Of a stretch of DNA of 64,000 bases, positions 1-13,056 are shown in pieces. A model generated the notes under the pieces. That model did not search any database. It was not told where the DNA came from and was given only the letters and a program-made list of their open reading frames with translations. The position numbers were made by a program, and so were the translations under genes. Every line of letters begins with the position of its first letter. The stretch's first letter is position 1. The DNA comes from Acidobacteriota bacterium (lineage in GTDB: Bacteria; Acidobacteriota; Thermoanaerobaculia; Gp7-AA8). The stretch covers positions 30,525-94,524 of the forward strand of contig JAFATB010000019.1 of NCBI GenBank assembly GCA_019244185.1, in the 5' to 3' direction.

Positions 1-548
1 CGGTCGCGCAGCGCGAAGAGCTCGTGCTCGAAGTGCTCGCGGTCGATTTCGAGCACGACGTCGGAGTACATCTGGATGAAGCGGCGGTACGAGTCGAGCG
101 CGAACCGCTCGTCGCCTGATGATTTCGCGAGTCCCTGCACGGTCTCGTCGTTGAGTCCGAGATTGAGGATCGTGTCCATCATGCCGGGCATCGACGCGCG
201 CGCGCCGGAGCGCACCGACACGAGCAGCGGCTTGTCGCGATCGCCGAACTTGCGACCGACCGATTCCTCGACGCGCGCGAGGTTCTCCGCGACGTTTTGC
301 TTCAGTTCGGGCGGATACGTTTTGCCGTGCTCGTAAAAGTACGTGCAGACGCCGGTGGAGATGGTGAAGCCCGGAGGCACCGGCACGCCGATGTTGGTCA
401 TCTCGGCGAGGCCCGCGCCTTTGCCGCCGAGGACGTTCTTCATCTTCGCGTTCCCCTCGGCGTGTCCGTCGCCGAAGTAATAGACGTACTTTCCTTCATC
501 CGGCGGTGCCGGCGCGTGCTCCGGCGCGGTCTGCTCGGTCATCGTCAT
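1..548 (-). CDS. ppdK: Pyruvate, phosphate dikinase (N-terminal part; runs off window start)
   Basis: Hand translation of minus strand: [75 protein letters not shown]; ATG at 548. Confidence 0.95.
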   Translation of the reverse strand, partial: MTMTEQTAPEHAPAPPDEGKYVYYFGDGHAEGNAKMKNVLGGKGAGLAEMTNIGVPVPPGFTISTGVCTYFYEHGKTYPPELKQNVAENLARVEESVGRKFGDRDKPLLVSVRSGARASMPGMMDTILNLGLNDETVQGLAKSSGDERFALDSYRRFIQMYSDVVLEIDREHFEHELFALRD

Positions 549-573
549 GGCGAGCTCGATTATGTTCCAAATC

Positions 574-1731
574 TCAGCGCGCTTCGATCTCGATACGGCT
601 GGCCACGCGGCGCTGCAACTCGGTCACGACGGCGCTGATGTCGCCGCTGCTGCCGGAGGGCACGAGCTCGAGACGCGCGACGTCGACGCCGCGCGCGCGC
701 AACGCCTCGCGCACCGCGTTGAGCCGCGCGACGCAGCGCGCGCGATTCTGCGCCGCGTTCGCGAGACGGTACTCGTGCGCGACGACGCGCACGCGCGGCG
801 TGCGGCGCACGTACTCCGCCGCGGCGTCGAGCGCGGACGCGCTGGCCGCGGCGTCGATGCGATCGTTCGCGTCGAACGCGACGCCGTACAACACGAAGCG
901 GCGGTCATCGACGATGCGCGGCTGCGGCGCGCTCGCGCACGGCACGGGCGTGCCGAACCACGCGGCGCCAATGCCGAAGGCATCCATCTGGCGCTCGTAG
1001 AACGTGACGCCGGTGAGCGTGCGCGGCGCGGCGCCGATCGTCATCGCGGCCAAGCCCCAGGTCGGGCCGCGACGCCACTGCAAACGCACGAGGCGCTCCT
1101 CGATGCCGCCGTCGACGAACGTGGGAGGCGTCGTTGCGAGCTCGCCGTAGACGCGCGCGCCCTGCCGCGCAAAACGCGCCGTTTGTCCGTTGATCACCCA
1201 GCAGCCTTCGGGCGCGGGCGGCGCGGCGGCGGCGAGCGGGTTGCCGATCGCGTGCACCGAGCGGATGTGCGTGTAGTAGCGCTTCGTGCGCGAGCGAATG
1301 CGGATGAAGCGCGCGTCGAACGTGCGCACGGTGATGAACTGCGGCACGTCCGCCGCCTGCAGATTCATCGTCACGACGTCGCGCCACGTTTTGCCGTCCC
1401 TCGATGCGGAGAAGTGCACGTCCTCCGGCACGGTGGCGTCGTTCGTGGAGACGGTGAGGCCGACGCGCGTGATGCGCGAGAGCGCCGGCAGCGCGAACAC
1501 CATCGTCTCGTCGAAGCCGCCCGGCGGCGTGCTCCAGATCGTGGCGCTGTCGCCGTCGATCGCGTGCACCGCGGAGTTCTCGAGGCTCAGCTCTCCGGTG
1601 CGCGAGACGACCGTCGCGCCGTAGGCCATGTTCAGCAGGTTGTCGCGATCGGTGTCGACACGCGGCCGCGGCGGCGCGAGCTCGCCGCCGACGGCCAGGA
1701 GCAGCAGCAGCGATGCGGCCTGCCGAATCAC
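574..1731 (-). CDS. Secreted protein with discoidin (F5/8 type C)-like domain and degenerate C-terminal OmpA-like domain
   Basis: Signal peptide; [19 protein letters not shown] discoidin-like motif; C-terminal [34 protein letters not shown] resembles OmpA_C. Confidence 0.65.
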   Translation of the reverse strand: MIRQAASLLLLLAVGGELAPPRPRVDTDRDNLLNMAYGATVVSRTGELSLENSAVHAIDGDSATIWSTPPGGFDETMVFALPALSRITRVGLTVSTNDATVPEDVHFSASRDGKTWRDVVTMNLQAADVPQFITVRTFDARFIRIRSRTKRYYTHIRSVHAIGNPLAAAAPPAPEGCWVINGQTARFARQGARVYGELATTPPTFVDGGIEERLVRLQWRRGPTWGLAAMTIGAAPRTLTGVTFYERQMDAFGIGAAWFGTPVPCASAPQPRIVDDRRFVLYGVAFDANDRIDAAASASALDAAAEYVRRTPRVRVVAHEYRLANAAQNRARCVARLNAVREALRARGVDVARLELVPSGSSGDISAVVTELQRRVASRIEIEAR

Positions 1732-3824
1732 GGACGGTAGTCGCGGCGGTCGACGACGATCTTCGTCACGTCCGCGATCTTCATCACGGCGCCGCCGACT
1801 TTGCGCAGCAGCGACATGCGGTTCCGGCGCACGCTCTCATCGTCGACCATCACCATGACGTCCTTGAAGAACGTTTCGAGCTCCGGCGCCATCGCCGCGA
1901 ACGACTCGAGCGCGCTGCGGTACTGCCGCTCCGTCACGAGCTCGTCGATCTGTCCTGTGACCACGTCCGCGAGCTCGGCGAGCCGTCGTTCGGTGTCGTG
2001 CTCGAGCCGCGACGGATCGACGCGCGTCGCGTCGTGCCCGGCGGTGATGTTCGCGATGCGCTTCGCGGAATCGAGGATCGAGAGGAAGCCCGGCTCGTCG
2101 CGCATCGTCTTCACGGCCTGCACGCGGTCGACGAGATCGGTGAGCGACGACGCCCAGCCCGCTTCCATCGCGGCGGCGACCTCGTCGTACGCGAACTTCC
2201 ACGCCGACGCCTCGAGGATCGTGCGCACGCGTTCCGCGAAGAACGCGAGGAGATCCGCCTTCAGCGCAGGAGTCGTGGCGCGCTGCTGCGCGGCGATGCC
2301 GAGGTCGATGAGGCGGTCGATGCCGATCTTCACTTCGCGCTTGTCGCGGTTGAGCAGGATCTGCACGACGCCCTGCGCGGCACGGCGCAGCGCGAACGGA
2401 TCCTTCGAGCCGCTCGGCTTCGCGCCGATGGCGAAGAAGCCGGCCAGTGTGTCGATGCGGTCCGCGAGCGAGACGATCGCGCCGGTGATCGTGCGCGGCA
2501 GCTCGTCTTCGAGACTGACCGGCATGTAGTGGTCGTAGATGGCCTGCCAGACGTTGTCGGCGAGTCCTTCCTCGCGCGCGTAGATGCCGCCGATGCGGCC
2601 CTGCAGATCGGTAAACTCCTTGACCATCTCGGTGACGAGATCGGTCTTGCAGAGTCCCGCGGCGGTAAGCGCGTCGGCCGCATCGAGGCCGATCGTCTCG
2701 CAGATGCCTTTGGCGATGGCGACGATGCGCTCGGTCTTCGCGCGATAGTCGCCGAGCTTCTCCTGGAACTGCAGATGCGAGAGCTGCTCGACGCGTTCTT
2801 CGAGCTTGCGGCGGCGGTCCGTCGCATAGAAGAACTGCGCGTCGGCGAAGCGGGCGTTGGTGACGAACGAGTTGCCGTACGCGGCGTTTTTCTCGGGGTC
2901 GCCCTCGTTGTCGAGCACCGCGAGGAAGGAGTTCGTGAGGCGGCCGTGCGCGTCGCGGATCGGCAGCTGCTTCTGATGCACGCGCATCACGGTGACGAGC
3001 ACTTCTTCCGGCAGCGCGAGGTACTCGCGGCGGAACTCCGCGCGCACGACGCCGGGATATTCGGTGAGGTACTGCCACTGCGACCAGATCGACGGATCGT
3101 CCGACGGCGCGCCGTCGACTTCCTTCGCACACGCGAGCGCCGCCGCGGCCATGGCCTGTTTGCGGCGCTGCGGATCGACGATGACGCGCGCGAGCTCGAG
3201 ATCGCGCAGGTACTCGCCGTACGACTTCACCTCGAAGCGCTTCGGTGCGAGCGTGCGGTGGCCGACGGTGGTCGTGCCCGAGGCGACGCCGAAGAGCGCG
3301 ATCGGCAGATACGTGCCGATGCCGTCCTGGGAAAGCAGCGACACGACCGAATGAATCGGCCGGATGTATGAGGACTCGCCCGTGCTCCAGCGCATCATCT
3401 TCGGCCAGCGGATCGACTCGATCGTCTGCGGAATCAGCTCCTGCAGGATGTCCGCGGTGGCGCGGCCGGCGACGTTGCGATTCAGCAGCACGTAGTCGCC
3501 GCCGTCGGCGACGTCGTCAAGCGTGGCGTTGTTCTTCCGCAGGAAACCGTGCAGCGCCTGCGTCGGATTGCCGCTCGCGTCGTACGCGGCTTTCTTCGGC
3601 GGACCTTTCACCGTGTCGGCGTGATCGGCCTGCTTCTCCGGAAGATTGCCGAGGAAGAAGGCGATGCGGCGCGAGGTCGCGTTCACGTCGATGGTGACGG
3701 ACGATTCGGCGGCACCGGTCTGCGCGACCACTTTCGCGAGCGACGCGCGCAGCGCGGACAACGCGCTGTCGAGCATCCACGCCGGAATCTCTTCCGTCAG
3801 CAGTTCGAAGAAATAGTCAGACAT
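1728..3824 (-). CDS. glyS: Glycine--tRNA ligase beta subunit
   Basis: [40 protein letters not shown] motifs; follows glyQ. Confidence 0.97.
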   Translation of the reverse strand: MSDYFFELLTEEIPAWMLDSALSALRASLAKVVAQTGAAESSVTIDVNATSRRIAFFLGNLPEKQADHADTVKGPPKKAAYDASGNPTQALHGFLRKNNATLDDVADGGDYVLLNRNVAGRATADILQELIPQTIESIRWPKMMRWSTGESSYIRPIHSVVSLLSQDGIGTYLPIALFGVASGTTTVGHRTLAPKRFEVKSYGEYLRDLELARVIVDPQRRKQAMAAAALACAKEVDGAPSDDPSIWSQWQYLTEYPGVVRAEFRREYLALPEEVLVTVMRVHQKQLPIRDAHGRLTNSFLAVLDNEGDPEKNAAYGNSFVTNARFADAQFFYATDRRRKLEERVEQLSHLQFQEKLGDYRAKTERIVAIAKGICETIGLDAADALTAAGLCKTDLVTEMVKEFTDLQGRIGGIYAREEGLADNVWQAIYDHYMPVSLEDELPRTITGAIVSLADRIDTLAGFFAIGAKPSGSKDPFALRRAAQGVVQILLNRDKREVKIGIDRLIDLGIAAQQRATTPALKADLLAFFAERVRTILEASAWKFAYDEVAAAMEAGWASSLTDLVDRVQAVKTMRDEPGFLSILDSAKRIANITAGHDATRVDPSRLEHDTERRLAELADVVTGQIDELVTERQYRSALESFAAMAPELETFFKDVMVMVDDESVRRNRMSLLRKVGGAVMKIADVTKIVVDRRDYRP

Positions 3825-4704
3825 CGGTTTTCTGCAGCAGCGGGAAGCCGAGCTCCTCGCGCGCGGCGAGGAACTGATGCGCGCAGGCGACGGCGAGCTC
3901 GCGCACGCGCTTGATGACGCCGACGCGCTCGGTCACCGAGACCGCGCCGCGCGCGTCGAGCGTGTTGAAGATGTGCGAGCACTTGAGCGTCCAGTCGTAC
4001 GCCGGCAGCACGAGTTTCGCCTCGAGACATCTCCGCGCCTCGCCTTCGTACGCGTCGAAGAGCTTCCAGTGCAGGTCGACGTCCGCGACTTCGAAGTAGT
4101 ACTTCGAGAACTCGTACTCGTCCTGCGTGCGCACGTTGCCGTAGCGGACGCCGGTCGTCCAGTCGATGTCGTACACGGAGTTCTGCCGCGCGAGGAACAT
4201 CGTCAGCCGCTCGAGACCGTACGTGATCTCCGCGGAGATCGGCGTGAGGTCGATGCCGCCCGCCTGCTGGAAGTACGTGAACTGCGTGATCTCCATGCCG
4301 TCGAGGAGGATCTGCCAGCCCACGCCCCACGCGCCGAGCGTGGGCGACTCCCAGTTGTCTTCCTCGAAGCGGATGTCGTGCTTCGTGAGGTCGAGCCCGA
4401 GCGCGCGCAGCGAGTCGAGATAGAGCTCCTGCACCTCGAGCGGCGACGGCTTCAGGATGACCTGAAACTGGTAGTGCTTGCCGAGACGGAACGGGTTATC
4501 TCCGTAACGGCCGTCTGCCGGACGTCGGGAAGGCTGGACGTACGCCACGTTCCACGGCTCAGGGCCGAGGACGCGGAGGAACGTCGCCGGGTGCATCGTC
4601 CCGGCGCCGACTTCGAGATCGACCGGCGTCTCGATCATGCAGCCGCGCTCGGCCCAGAACGTCTGGAGCCGCAGGATCATCGACTGAAACGTCATGCGCG
4701 ACAT
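3817..4704 (-). CDS. glyQ: Glycine--tRNA ligase alpha subunit
   Basis: [47 protein letters not shown]. Confidence 0.98.
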   Translation of the reverse strand: MSRMTFQSMILRLQTFWAERGCMIETPVDLEVGAGTMHPATFLRVLGPEPWNVAYVQPSRRPADGRYGDNPFRLGKHYQFQVILKPSPLEVQELYLDSLRALGLDLTKHDIRFEEDNWESPTLGAWGVGWQILLDGMEITQFTYFQQAGGIDLTPISAEITYGLERLTMFLARQNSVYDIDWTTGVRYGNVRTQDEYEFSKYYFEVADVDLHWKLFDAYEGEARRCLEAKLVLPAYDWTLKCSHIFNTLDARGAVSVTERVGVIKRVRELAVACAHQFLAAREELGFPLLQKTDV

Positions 4705-4725
4705 CGGGCGCGCATTCTAGAACAG

Positions 4726-6039
4726 TCACTGCTTGAAATACGGCGCGACGTTCGAGGCGATGACCCGCAGCTCGTCGTCGGTGAGCGGCACCGTGGCGCG
4801 GATGTTCGCCCACGACTGGCGCGGCTGCGGCGGCCCGAGGTCGGTGCCGTAGAGGACGCGCTTCAGGCCGACCTGGCGGATTCGATCCGCGAACGTCTGC
4901 AGCGCGGCGTCGGTTTGTTCGTCGGCGACGGTGGCGATGTCGAAGTAGAGGTTCTTCGTGCGCGGGTCGTGCGCGGCGATCGCATCCGCGTACACGCCGA
5001 GGGCGGAGTCGGTGTATCCCGGGCCGCCGCCGGCAAAGTGCGCGATCTGCACGACGATGTCCGGCGCCTCCGGCAGCAGCTGCGCGAGGAAGACCTTCGC
5101 CTGCTCCGCGCCGTACTCGGGACCGGTCCAGAGGTGCGCGACGATCGCGAGATGGCGCGCGTTCGCGGCGCGGAAGATCTCGCGCATGCGCGCGACGTGC
5201 TCGGGCTTCAGCAGATCTACCTTCGAGTTGCCGAAGTGCAGCTTGAGCCCGCGAAACCGCCCGCTCTTCGCGCAGCGGTCGAGCTCTTCGAGCGCGTAGT
5301 CCTTCAGCGGATTGAAGCTGCACAACGCGATGAGCCTTCCGGGATAGCGCTCGACTTCCGATGCGGTCCAGTCGTTCTCCGCGCGGACCTTCTCGTATTC
5401 GTTGTCGACCTTCGGGAAGAACGGGCTGCCGAACCAGTACGCGGTCGAGAGCACCGCCGCGCGCTGGATGTGCGCGGCGTCCAGTGCTGCGATGAGCTGA
5501 TCGGCCGTGCGCGGCTCGCGCACGCGCGGTCCGGGGAACGCCGGCGTCTCCGCGGCGATGCGCCACTTGCCGTCGCTCGCGCGCGCAATCGAGAAGAGCA
5601 CCTGTCCGAAGTGCTTCGCCGCCGCGCCTTCGCCGCGCGTGAAGTAGGCCGCGATGTAGCCGCTGTCGCCGCTCGTCGAATACGCTACCGGCGTGATCCT
5701 GTACGCGCGCGCGAAACGCCCGCTCACGTACTCGGCCACCTTGTCACGCCCGCGAATCCACTCCGGTTCGTCCTGGTTGAAGAGCAGCGCGTCTTCGACG
5801 TAGAGCTCGTTCAGCCCCGCGCGATCGTTCCAGTGCTGCTCGCGCGCGTGGAGCAACGCTGCGAGCTCCGCCGGCACCGCAATCGCCGGCTGCAGATCCG
5901 CCGCCACCAGCTTCGCCGCGGCAGGACTGACCAGATGCTGGTGATGATCGGCGAGCGGAATCAGCGCGGTCTGTGGCGGAACGCTCGCGCAGGCGGTGGC
6001 GAAGAGGAACGAGGCGAGGACAATCGTTCGCAGGCTCAT
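4726..6039 (-). CDS. Lipoprotein amidohydrolase (Amidohydro_2-like) with inserted SnoaL/DUF4440-like domain
   Basis: Lipobox-like FATAC after MSLRTIV (start 6039 preferred); DHHQH, ENDW, GLKLH, IAH, YGTD metal-hydrolase motifs. Confidence 0.75.
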   Translation of the reverse strand: MSLRTIVLASFLFATACASVPPQTALIPLADHHQHLVSPAAAKLVAADLQPAIAVPAELAALLHAREQHWNDRAGLNELYVEDALLFNQDEPEWIRGRDKVAEYVSGRFARAYRITPVAYSTSGDSGYIAAYFTRGEGAAAKHFGQVLFSIARASDGKWRIAAETPAFPGPRVREPRTADQLIAALDAAHIQRAAVLSTAYWFGSPFFPKVDNEYEKVRAENDWTASEVERYPGRLIALCSFNPLKDYALEELDRCAKSGRFRGLKLHFGNSKVDLLKPEHVARMREIFRAANARHLAIVAHLWTGPEYGAEQAKVFLAQLLPEAPDIVVQIAHFAGGGPGYTDSALGVYADAIAAHDPRTKNLYFDIATVADEQTDAALQTFADRIRQVGLKRVLYGTDLGPPQPRQSWANIRATVPLTDDELRVIASNVAPYFKQ

Positions 6040-6080
6040 CGTACGATGTTCTTCGTACGTGGCGCGAAAAGGTTTCAACC

Positions 6081-7106
6081 TCATTCGAATGCGATGACGC
6101 TGCGCAGCGTGGTCGTGCCGCGATCGAGCTTGTCAAGCACTCCGTTGATGGCGTCGGCGTCGAATGGAACCGTCTCCGAGATCGCGGCGCTCATGTCGAT
6201 CGCCTTCGTTTCCGCGAGCTCCATCAGCTCCTCGAGCTCGGCGCGCGTGTGGTCGGAGCAGCCGATGATGCGGCGTTCGCGCGCGAGAAGATCGCGATAG
6301 GGATTGACGGGCAGCGGCGCGGTGCTGAGCGCGACGAGGACGAGCGTGCCGCCGGGAACGAGCGCGCGCACCGCGCGGGCGGAGACGTCGGCGCGTCCAG
6401 CGAGATCGAGCGCGACGTCGGCGCCGCGGCCGCCCGTCGCGTCGAGGAGCGCTTGCGTGAGGTTCTCGTCGGAGCGCACGGGCGTCGCGCCCATCGATCG
6501 CGCGAAGGCGAGTTTCTCGTCGACGATGTCGACCGCGAGCACCTGCGCGGCGCCGAGCGCGCGGGCGAGCATGAGCGCGGAGATGCCGAGTCCGCCGAAG
6601 CCGAGGATGGCGATGGTCTTGTTCGCGACCGGCGCGGTGAGACGCAGCGCGTGATACGCGGTCGCGGTCGAGCACATCATCACGGCCGCGTGTTCGAAGG
6701 GGACGCTCGCGGGGATACGCACGGCGCTCGCGGCGGGGACGACGACTTCCTCCGCGTAGCCGCCGTCGATGTTGTTGCCGAGCATGCCGCCCGTCTCGCA
6801 GAACTGCTCGCCGTGCTCGACGCAGCGCCGGCAGCTTCCGCAGAAGCGGAGGTAATGCAATGCGACGCGATCGCCTTCCGTCAGTCCGTCCACCCGCCCG
6901 CCCTTGCGTGCGACGACGCCGGCGACCTCGTGTCCGAGCGTGAGCGGCAGGCGGAGTTGGTTGAAGCCGGCGCGATAGTGCGCGTCGCTGTGGCAGATGC
7001 CGGCGGCGCGGACGCGAACGACGATCTCGTCGTCCGCGGGAACGGGTGCGGGGACGTCGACCGCACGCAGCGGCTCGTGCGGCGCGAAGAGGCGGATCGC
7101 TTTCAC
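6081..7106 (-). CDS. Zinc-dependent alcohol dehydrogenase (MDR family)
   Basis: GICHSD, GHEVAG, CGSCRRC..C, GFGGLG; GTG 7106 preferred (TACTCT box 6 nt upstream; the upstream extension is a lipoprotein-gene remnant). Confidence 0.92.
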   Translation of the reverse strand: MKAIRLFAPHEPLRAVDVPAPVPADDEIVVRVRAAGICHSDAHYRAGFNQLRLPLTLGHEVAGVVARKGGRVDGLTEGDRVALHYLRFCGSCRRCVEHGEQFCETGGMLGNNIDGGYAEEVVVPAASAVRIPASVPFEHAAVMMCSTATAYHALRLTAPVANKTIAILGFGGLGISALMLARALGAAQVLAVDIVDEKLAFARSMGATPVRSDENLTQALLDATGGRGADVALDLAGRADVSARAVRALVPGGTLVLVALSTAPLPVNPYRDLLARERRIIGCSDHTRAELEELMELAETKAIDMSAAISETVPFDADAINGVLDKLDRGTTTLRSVIAFE

Positions 7107-7290
7107 GCGGTAAGAGTACGCGGTCGGGGCCGGCGATTGGCTCCGATCCGCCGCGGGATGCTCTTCGGCCGTCGCCGCGCTGGTCATGTTCTCGTTACCG
7201 GTAAGGATCCGCGACCGTCACCAGACGAGGGACGATCGCGCCGTTGCGAAATGCGCATGCGCCGCGCGCACGGCGTATGGCGGGCGGACG

Positions 7291-7647
7291 CCGCGCGAAA
7301 GCCAGTGCGCACTCCATGAATGCGGTTTGGAGCCGCGTGGAAGCCACGACACGTCGCGTGACATCCAGAACGTGACGCGTGAAAACCAGAATCGGTCGCG
7401 TGAAATCCAGAACGCGACGCGTGAAAGCCAGAATCGGTCGCGTGAAATCCAGAATCGGTCGCGTGAAAGCCAGAATCCGTCGCGTGAAAGCCAGAACTCG
7501 ACGCGTGAAAACCAGAACGCGACGCGTGAAATCCAGAACTCGACGCATGAAAACCAGAATCGGTCGCATGAAATCCAGAACGCGACGCGTGAAATCCAGA
7601 ATCGAACGCGTGAAATCCAGAACTGGTCGCGTGAAAGCCAGCACGCG
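7291..7647. repeat. 21-bp tandem repeat array: 14 well-conserved units (7354-7647) plus 3 in-phase degenerate units
   Basis: Unit WCGCRTGAAADCCAGAAYNNN read directly, e.g. tcgcgtgaaatccagaatcgg / acgcgtgaaaaccagaacgcg. Confidence 0.95.
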
Positions 7648-8006
7648 ACGCCTCGGTATGCGGCCCGATCTGATCGGCACAGTTGTCGTGCTTCGCACGT
7701 AGTCTGCCGTCACTTGTACGTTCGACGGAGCGCTGCCGCGACGGGCGATCATCTCGAACGTCTTCTGTGATGCTCCGGCCGCACGGAAACTCGTCAGTCG
7801 TCGAGCCGTCCCGTACGACCGGGTCGTGACGGTGAATGAGTCGCCAGTCGCCAGCGGGGCCGGAGCATACGGCGGCTCGGCCTCGGCCGCGCTCAGCTGC
7901 GCGGCGCCACGCGAGACGCGTGCATTGCTGGCAGCGTGGGAAGGCGCCGTGTCAGCTGCAGTGCGGCTCCCCGAACCAGCGCGCGCACGTCAGAACAACG
8001 CGCGCG

Positions 8007-8678
8007 TCAGACGCCCGGAGGCGGAGGAGGAGGCTCCTCCTGCTCGCTTCCGGTCGTATCGTTGCTCGGCTGCTGCGGCTGCGCGGAGGCGTCCGGTTTC
8101 TGCTGCGCCGCTTTGTCCTTCGCAGGCGCGGCGTTCGCTGCCGGATGTTCATCGGCTGGCGCCGCGCTGGTCATGTTCTCGTTCGCTGTCGCGGTGTCGG
8201 TCTGTTCGGCTGGGCCGGTCGGCTCATCCGTCGCCGGTTGCGCGGCGGGCGCGGGGGCGGCGGACGGAGCGGGCTCCGAACGCCGGGCGACCGCGGCGGT
8301 CGGCGGCATGCCGGCGCGCGGCGCGGCGGTGACCGGCGCGGTCATCGGCGTGCCGTGGCTGGCGAGCGGCGGAACGACGCCGGCCGCAGTCGAGGTCATC
8401 GGCATTGTGCCGGCGAGCGAGCCAGCTGACGTTTGTGCGCTGGCGACGCTCGTCGTCGCCGCCGTTGGATTGAGCGCGAAGTTCGTCGTGGTGTCGGCGT
8501 TCGTGCCGGTGATCGGCGGCAGCGTCTCGCCGGGGCCGTTGATGGTCGACGTCACGCCGCTCGCGGAGCCTTCCTGCACCACCGGATACTGCTCCTGCTG
8601 ACTGGCGCGTTGTCCGTCCCGTCCGCCACAGCCACCCAACAACATCGCAAGGGTCATCAGAGTCAGAGTCGTCTTCAT
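8007..8678 (-). CDS. Low-complexity T/A/P-rich lipoprotein of unknown function
   Basis: MKTTLTLMTLAMLLGG-C lipobox; GAAGG SD-like upstream; disordered body. Confidence 0.75.
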   Translation of the reverse strand: MKTTLTLMTLAMLLGGCGGRDGQRASQQEQYPVVQEGSASGVTSTINGPGETLPPITGTNADTTTNFALNPTAATTSVASAQTSAGSLAGTMPMTSTAAGVVPPLASHGTPMTAPVTAAPRAGMPPTAAVARRSEPAPSAAPAPAAQPATDEPTGPAEQTDTATANENMTSAAPADEHPAANAAPAKDKAAQQKPDASAQPQQPSNDTTGSEQEEPPPPPPGV

Positions 8679-8734
8679 AGCGGGCCTTCTTTCACTCTCC
8701 GAATCGCAAGGGGCTTGCCACTACAATCGAATTC

Positions 8735-9145
8735 ATGGAGCCGCGCCTGCAACACTTTGAAGCCGTCGTCCGCGAGAGCTTCGCGCGGCAGACGTTCATG
8801 GCCACGCTCGGTGCGACCCTCGCGCGCGTCGCGCCCGGTGAGGTCGACATCGCGCTGCCGTTTCGCGCCGACCTCGTGCAGCAGAACGGCGCGCTGCACG
8901 CCGGCGTCCTCGCGTCGATCGCCGACAGCGCGTGCGGCTACGCGGCGCTGACGCTCATGCCCGAAGGCTCGAACGTGCTCAGCGTCGAGTTCAAGCTGAA
9001 TCTGCTCGCGCCCGCGACGGCCGCGTCGTTTCTCGCGCGCGCCCGCGTCCTCCGAAGCGGCGGCACGCTCACCGTCTGCACCGCCGATGTGCTCGCCGGC
9101 GAAACGCTCGTCGCCACGATGCTCGGGACCATGATCCGGCGTTAG
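8735..9145 (+). CDS. PaaI family (hotdog-fold) thioesterase
   Basis: [32 protein letters not shown]. Confidence 0.92.
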   Translation: MEPRLQHFEAVVRESFARQTFMATLGATLARVAPGEVDIALPFRADLVQQNGALHAGVLASIADSACGYAALTLMPEGSNVLSVEFKLNLLAPATAASFLARARVLRSGGTLTVCTADVLAGETLVATMLGTMIRR

Positions 9146-9177
9146 CTCGCGCTGGAACAGGCTGTGCTCTCAAGCGG

Positions 9178-9209
9178 TTGTAGAAACCGTACCCGTATGG
9201 TACGGTTTC
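9178..9209 (+). promoter_or_regulatory. suf operon promoter (TTGTAG-N17-TACGGT) overlapped by a perfect 11-5-11 inverted repeat, probable Rrf2 operator
   Basis: GAAACCGTACC-cgtat-GGTACGGTTTC at 9183-9209, 10 bp before the Rrf2 ATG. Confidence 0.7.
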
Positions 9210-9219
9210 GCGCCCGCTC

Positions 9220-9689
9220 ATGCTGAAGATCTCGAAATTCACCGATTACGGACTGCTCGCCAGCGTCTACCTCGCCCGTCAGGCGGGGCAGATCGTGGCC
9301 GCGCGCGAGATCGCCGAGTTCTATCACCTGCCGGTGCCGATGATCACGAAAGTGCTCAAGGCGCTGCATCACGGCGGCGTGATCGGCTCGCACCGCGGCG
9401 TCGGCGGCGGCTACTCCTTCGAAGGCGACGCCGAAAGCGTCACGCTCGGCGCACTGCTCGACGTGCTCGAAGGTCCGTGGGATCTCGTCGAGTGCGAGAC
9501 GCTCGACGATGCCGGACAGGCCACCTGCGCGATCCGCGTCGCGTGTCCGTCGCGACGCCTCATGTTCGGCATCAACCGCGCGATCAAAGGCGCGTTCGAG
9601 CAGGTCACGCTCGGCGACCTCCTGCGCGGCGGCATGCCGCTGCCCGTCATCGACAAACAACATCTGGCCGCCGGAAGAGAGGCCACGCA

Positions 9690-9693
<4 letters not shown>
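9220..9693 (+). CDS. Rrf2 family Fe-S-responsive transcriptional regulator of the suf operon
   Basis: [17 protein letters not shown], three C-terminal Cys (C..C..CP); first gene of suf operon. Confidence 0.9.
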
Positions 9694-11871
<2,178 letters not shown>

Positions 11872-11875
<4 letters not shown>

Positions 11876-13056
11876 GCGCGGTCGCTCTCGACATTCGGGA
11901 ACGCGCGTCCGAGGCGTTCGCGAAACTCGGCTGGCCGACGCCGCGCGTCGAGGAGTGGCGCTACACGAACCTCGCGCCGCTGCAGCGCGTGTCGTGGAAG
12001 ACGGACGACGACACGCAGCCGACCGAGAGCGATGCCTCAATGGCCGGACGCGCCGCGCACGAATGGATCTTCGTCAGCGGACGGCAGGTCTCGGGCGCTG
12101 ACGCGTACGCGACGTCGCAGGAACCGGGACGATGGGCCGACGTCGAACGCAACGCGCTGGTCGCGCTGAACACGATGCACATGCAGGACGGCGCGCGCAT
12201 CGAGATCCCGGCGAACGAAGTCGTCGACGGCTTTCTGCATCTGCTGTTCATCGGCAGCGGCGACGGCATCTGGTCGCATCCGCGCAACCTCGTCGTCGTC
12301 GGCCGCAACGCGCAGGTGACGATCGTCGAGACGTACGTCGGCACGGGCAAGTACTTCACGAACGCGGTGACGGAGATCGTCGCCGGCGACGGCGCGGTCG
12401 TCGATCACTACCGCATCGAGTGCGAGTCGCTCGAGGCGTACCACGTCGGCAACGTCTTCATCCACGAAGAGCGCGCGGCGAACGTGACCTCGCGCAGCAT
12501 CGTCATCGGCGCGGCGCTCGCGCGCAGCGAGACGCACGTCGCGCTCGCGGGCGAAGGCGCGAGCATCGCGCTCGACGGCCTCTTCGCGGGCACGGGCACG
12601 CAGCACCTCGACAACCGAACCGTCATCGATCACATCAAGCCGCACTGCGAGAGCCTCGAGCTGTACAAGGGCGTGCTCGATCAGCACGCGCGCGGCGTCT
12701 TCGACGGCCGGATCATCGTGCGGCCCGACGCGCAGAAGACCGTCTCGCGCCAGGAGAACCGGAACCTCCTGCTCTCCGAAAGCGCGATCGTCGACTCGAA
12801 GCCGACGCTCGAGATCCACAACGACGACGTGAAGTGTAATCACGGCTCGACCATCGGCCAGATCGAGCAGGAGCCGCTGTTCTATCTCCGCTCGCGCGGC
12901 ATCGGCGAAGACGAAGCGCGCAGCCTGCTGATCTACGCGTTCGCCAGCGAGATCGTCGATCGCATGAAGATCGAGCCGGTGCGCGAGCAGATCCGCCGGT
13001 CGCTGTTCCAGCTGATGCCGGAACGCCTGCCGGAGCGGCGTGGAGGGACGCGATGA
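11872..13056 (+). CDS. sufD: Fe-S cluster assembly protein SufD
   Basis: [34 protein letters not shown]. Confidence 0.96.

Noticed and set aside
7107-7187. N-terminal extension of the alcohol dehydrogenase
   Set aside because: Matches a fragment of the neighbouring lipoprotein gene; GTG 7106 gives the normal MKA start with a -10 box
7291-7647. CRISPR array
   Set aside because: Units are contiguous 21-mers with only a few variable bases; no unique spacers and no cas genes in the window
7186-7770. Heptad-repeat ORFs over the 21-bp array (7186-7770 +, 7195-7752 -, 7379-7702 +)
   Set aside because: Open frames follow from a stop-free repeat unit; no clear start signals and variation is not synonymous-biased, so no CDS is called
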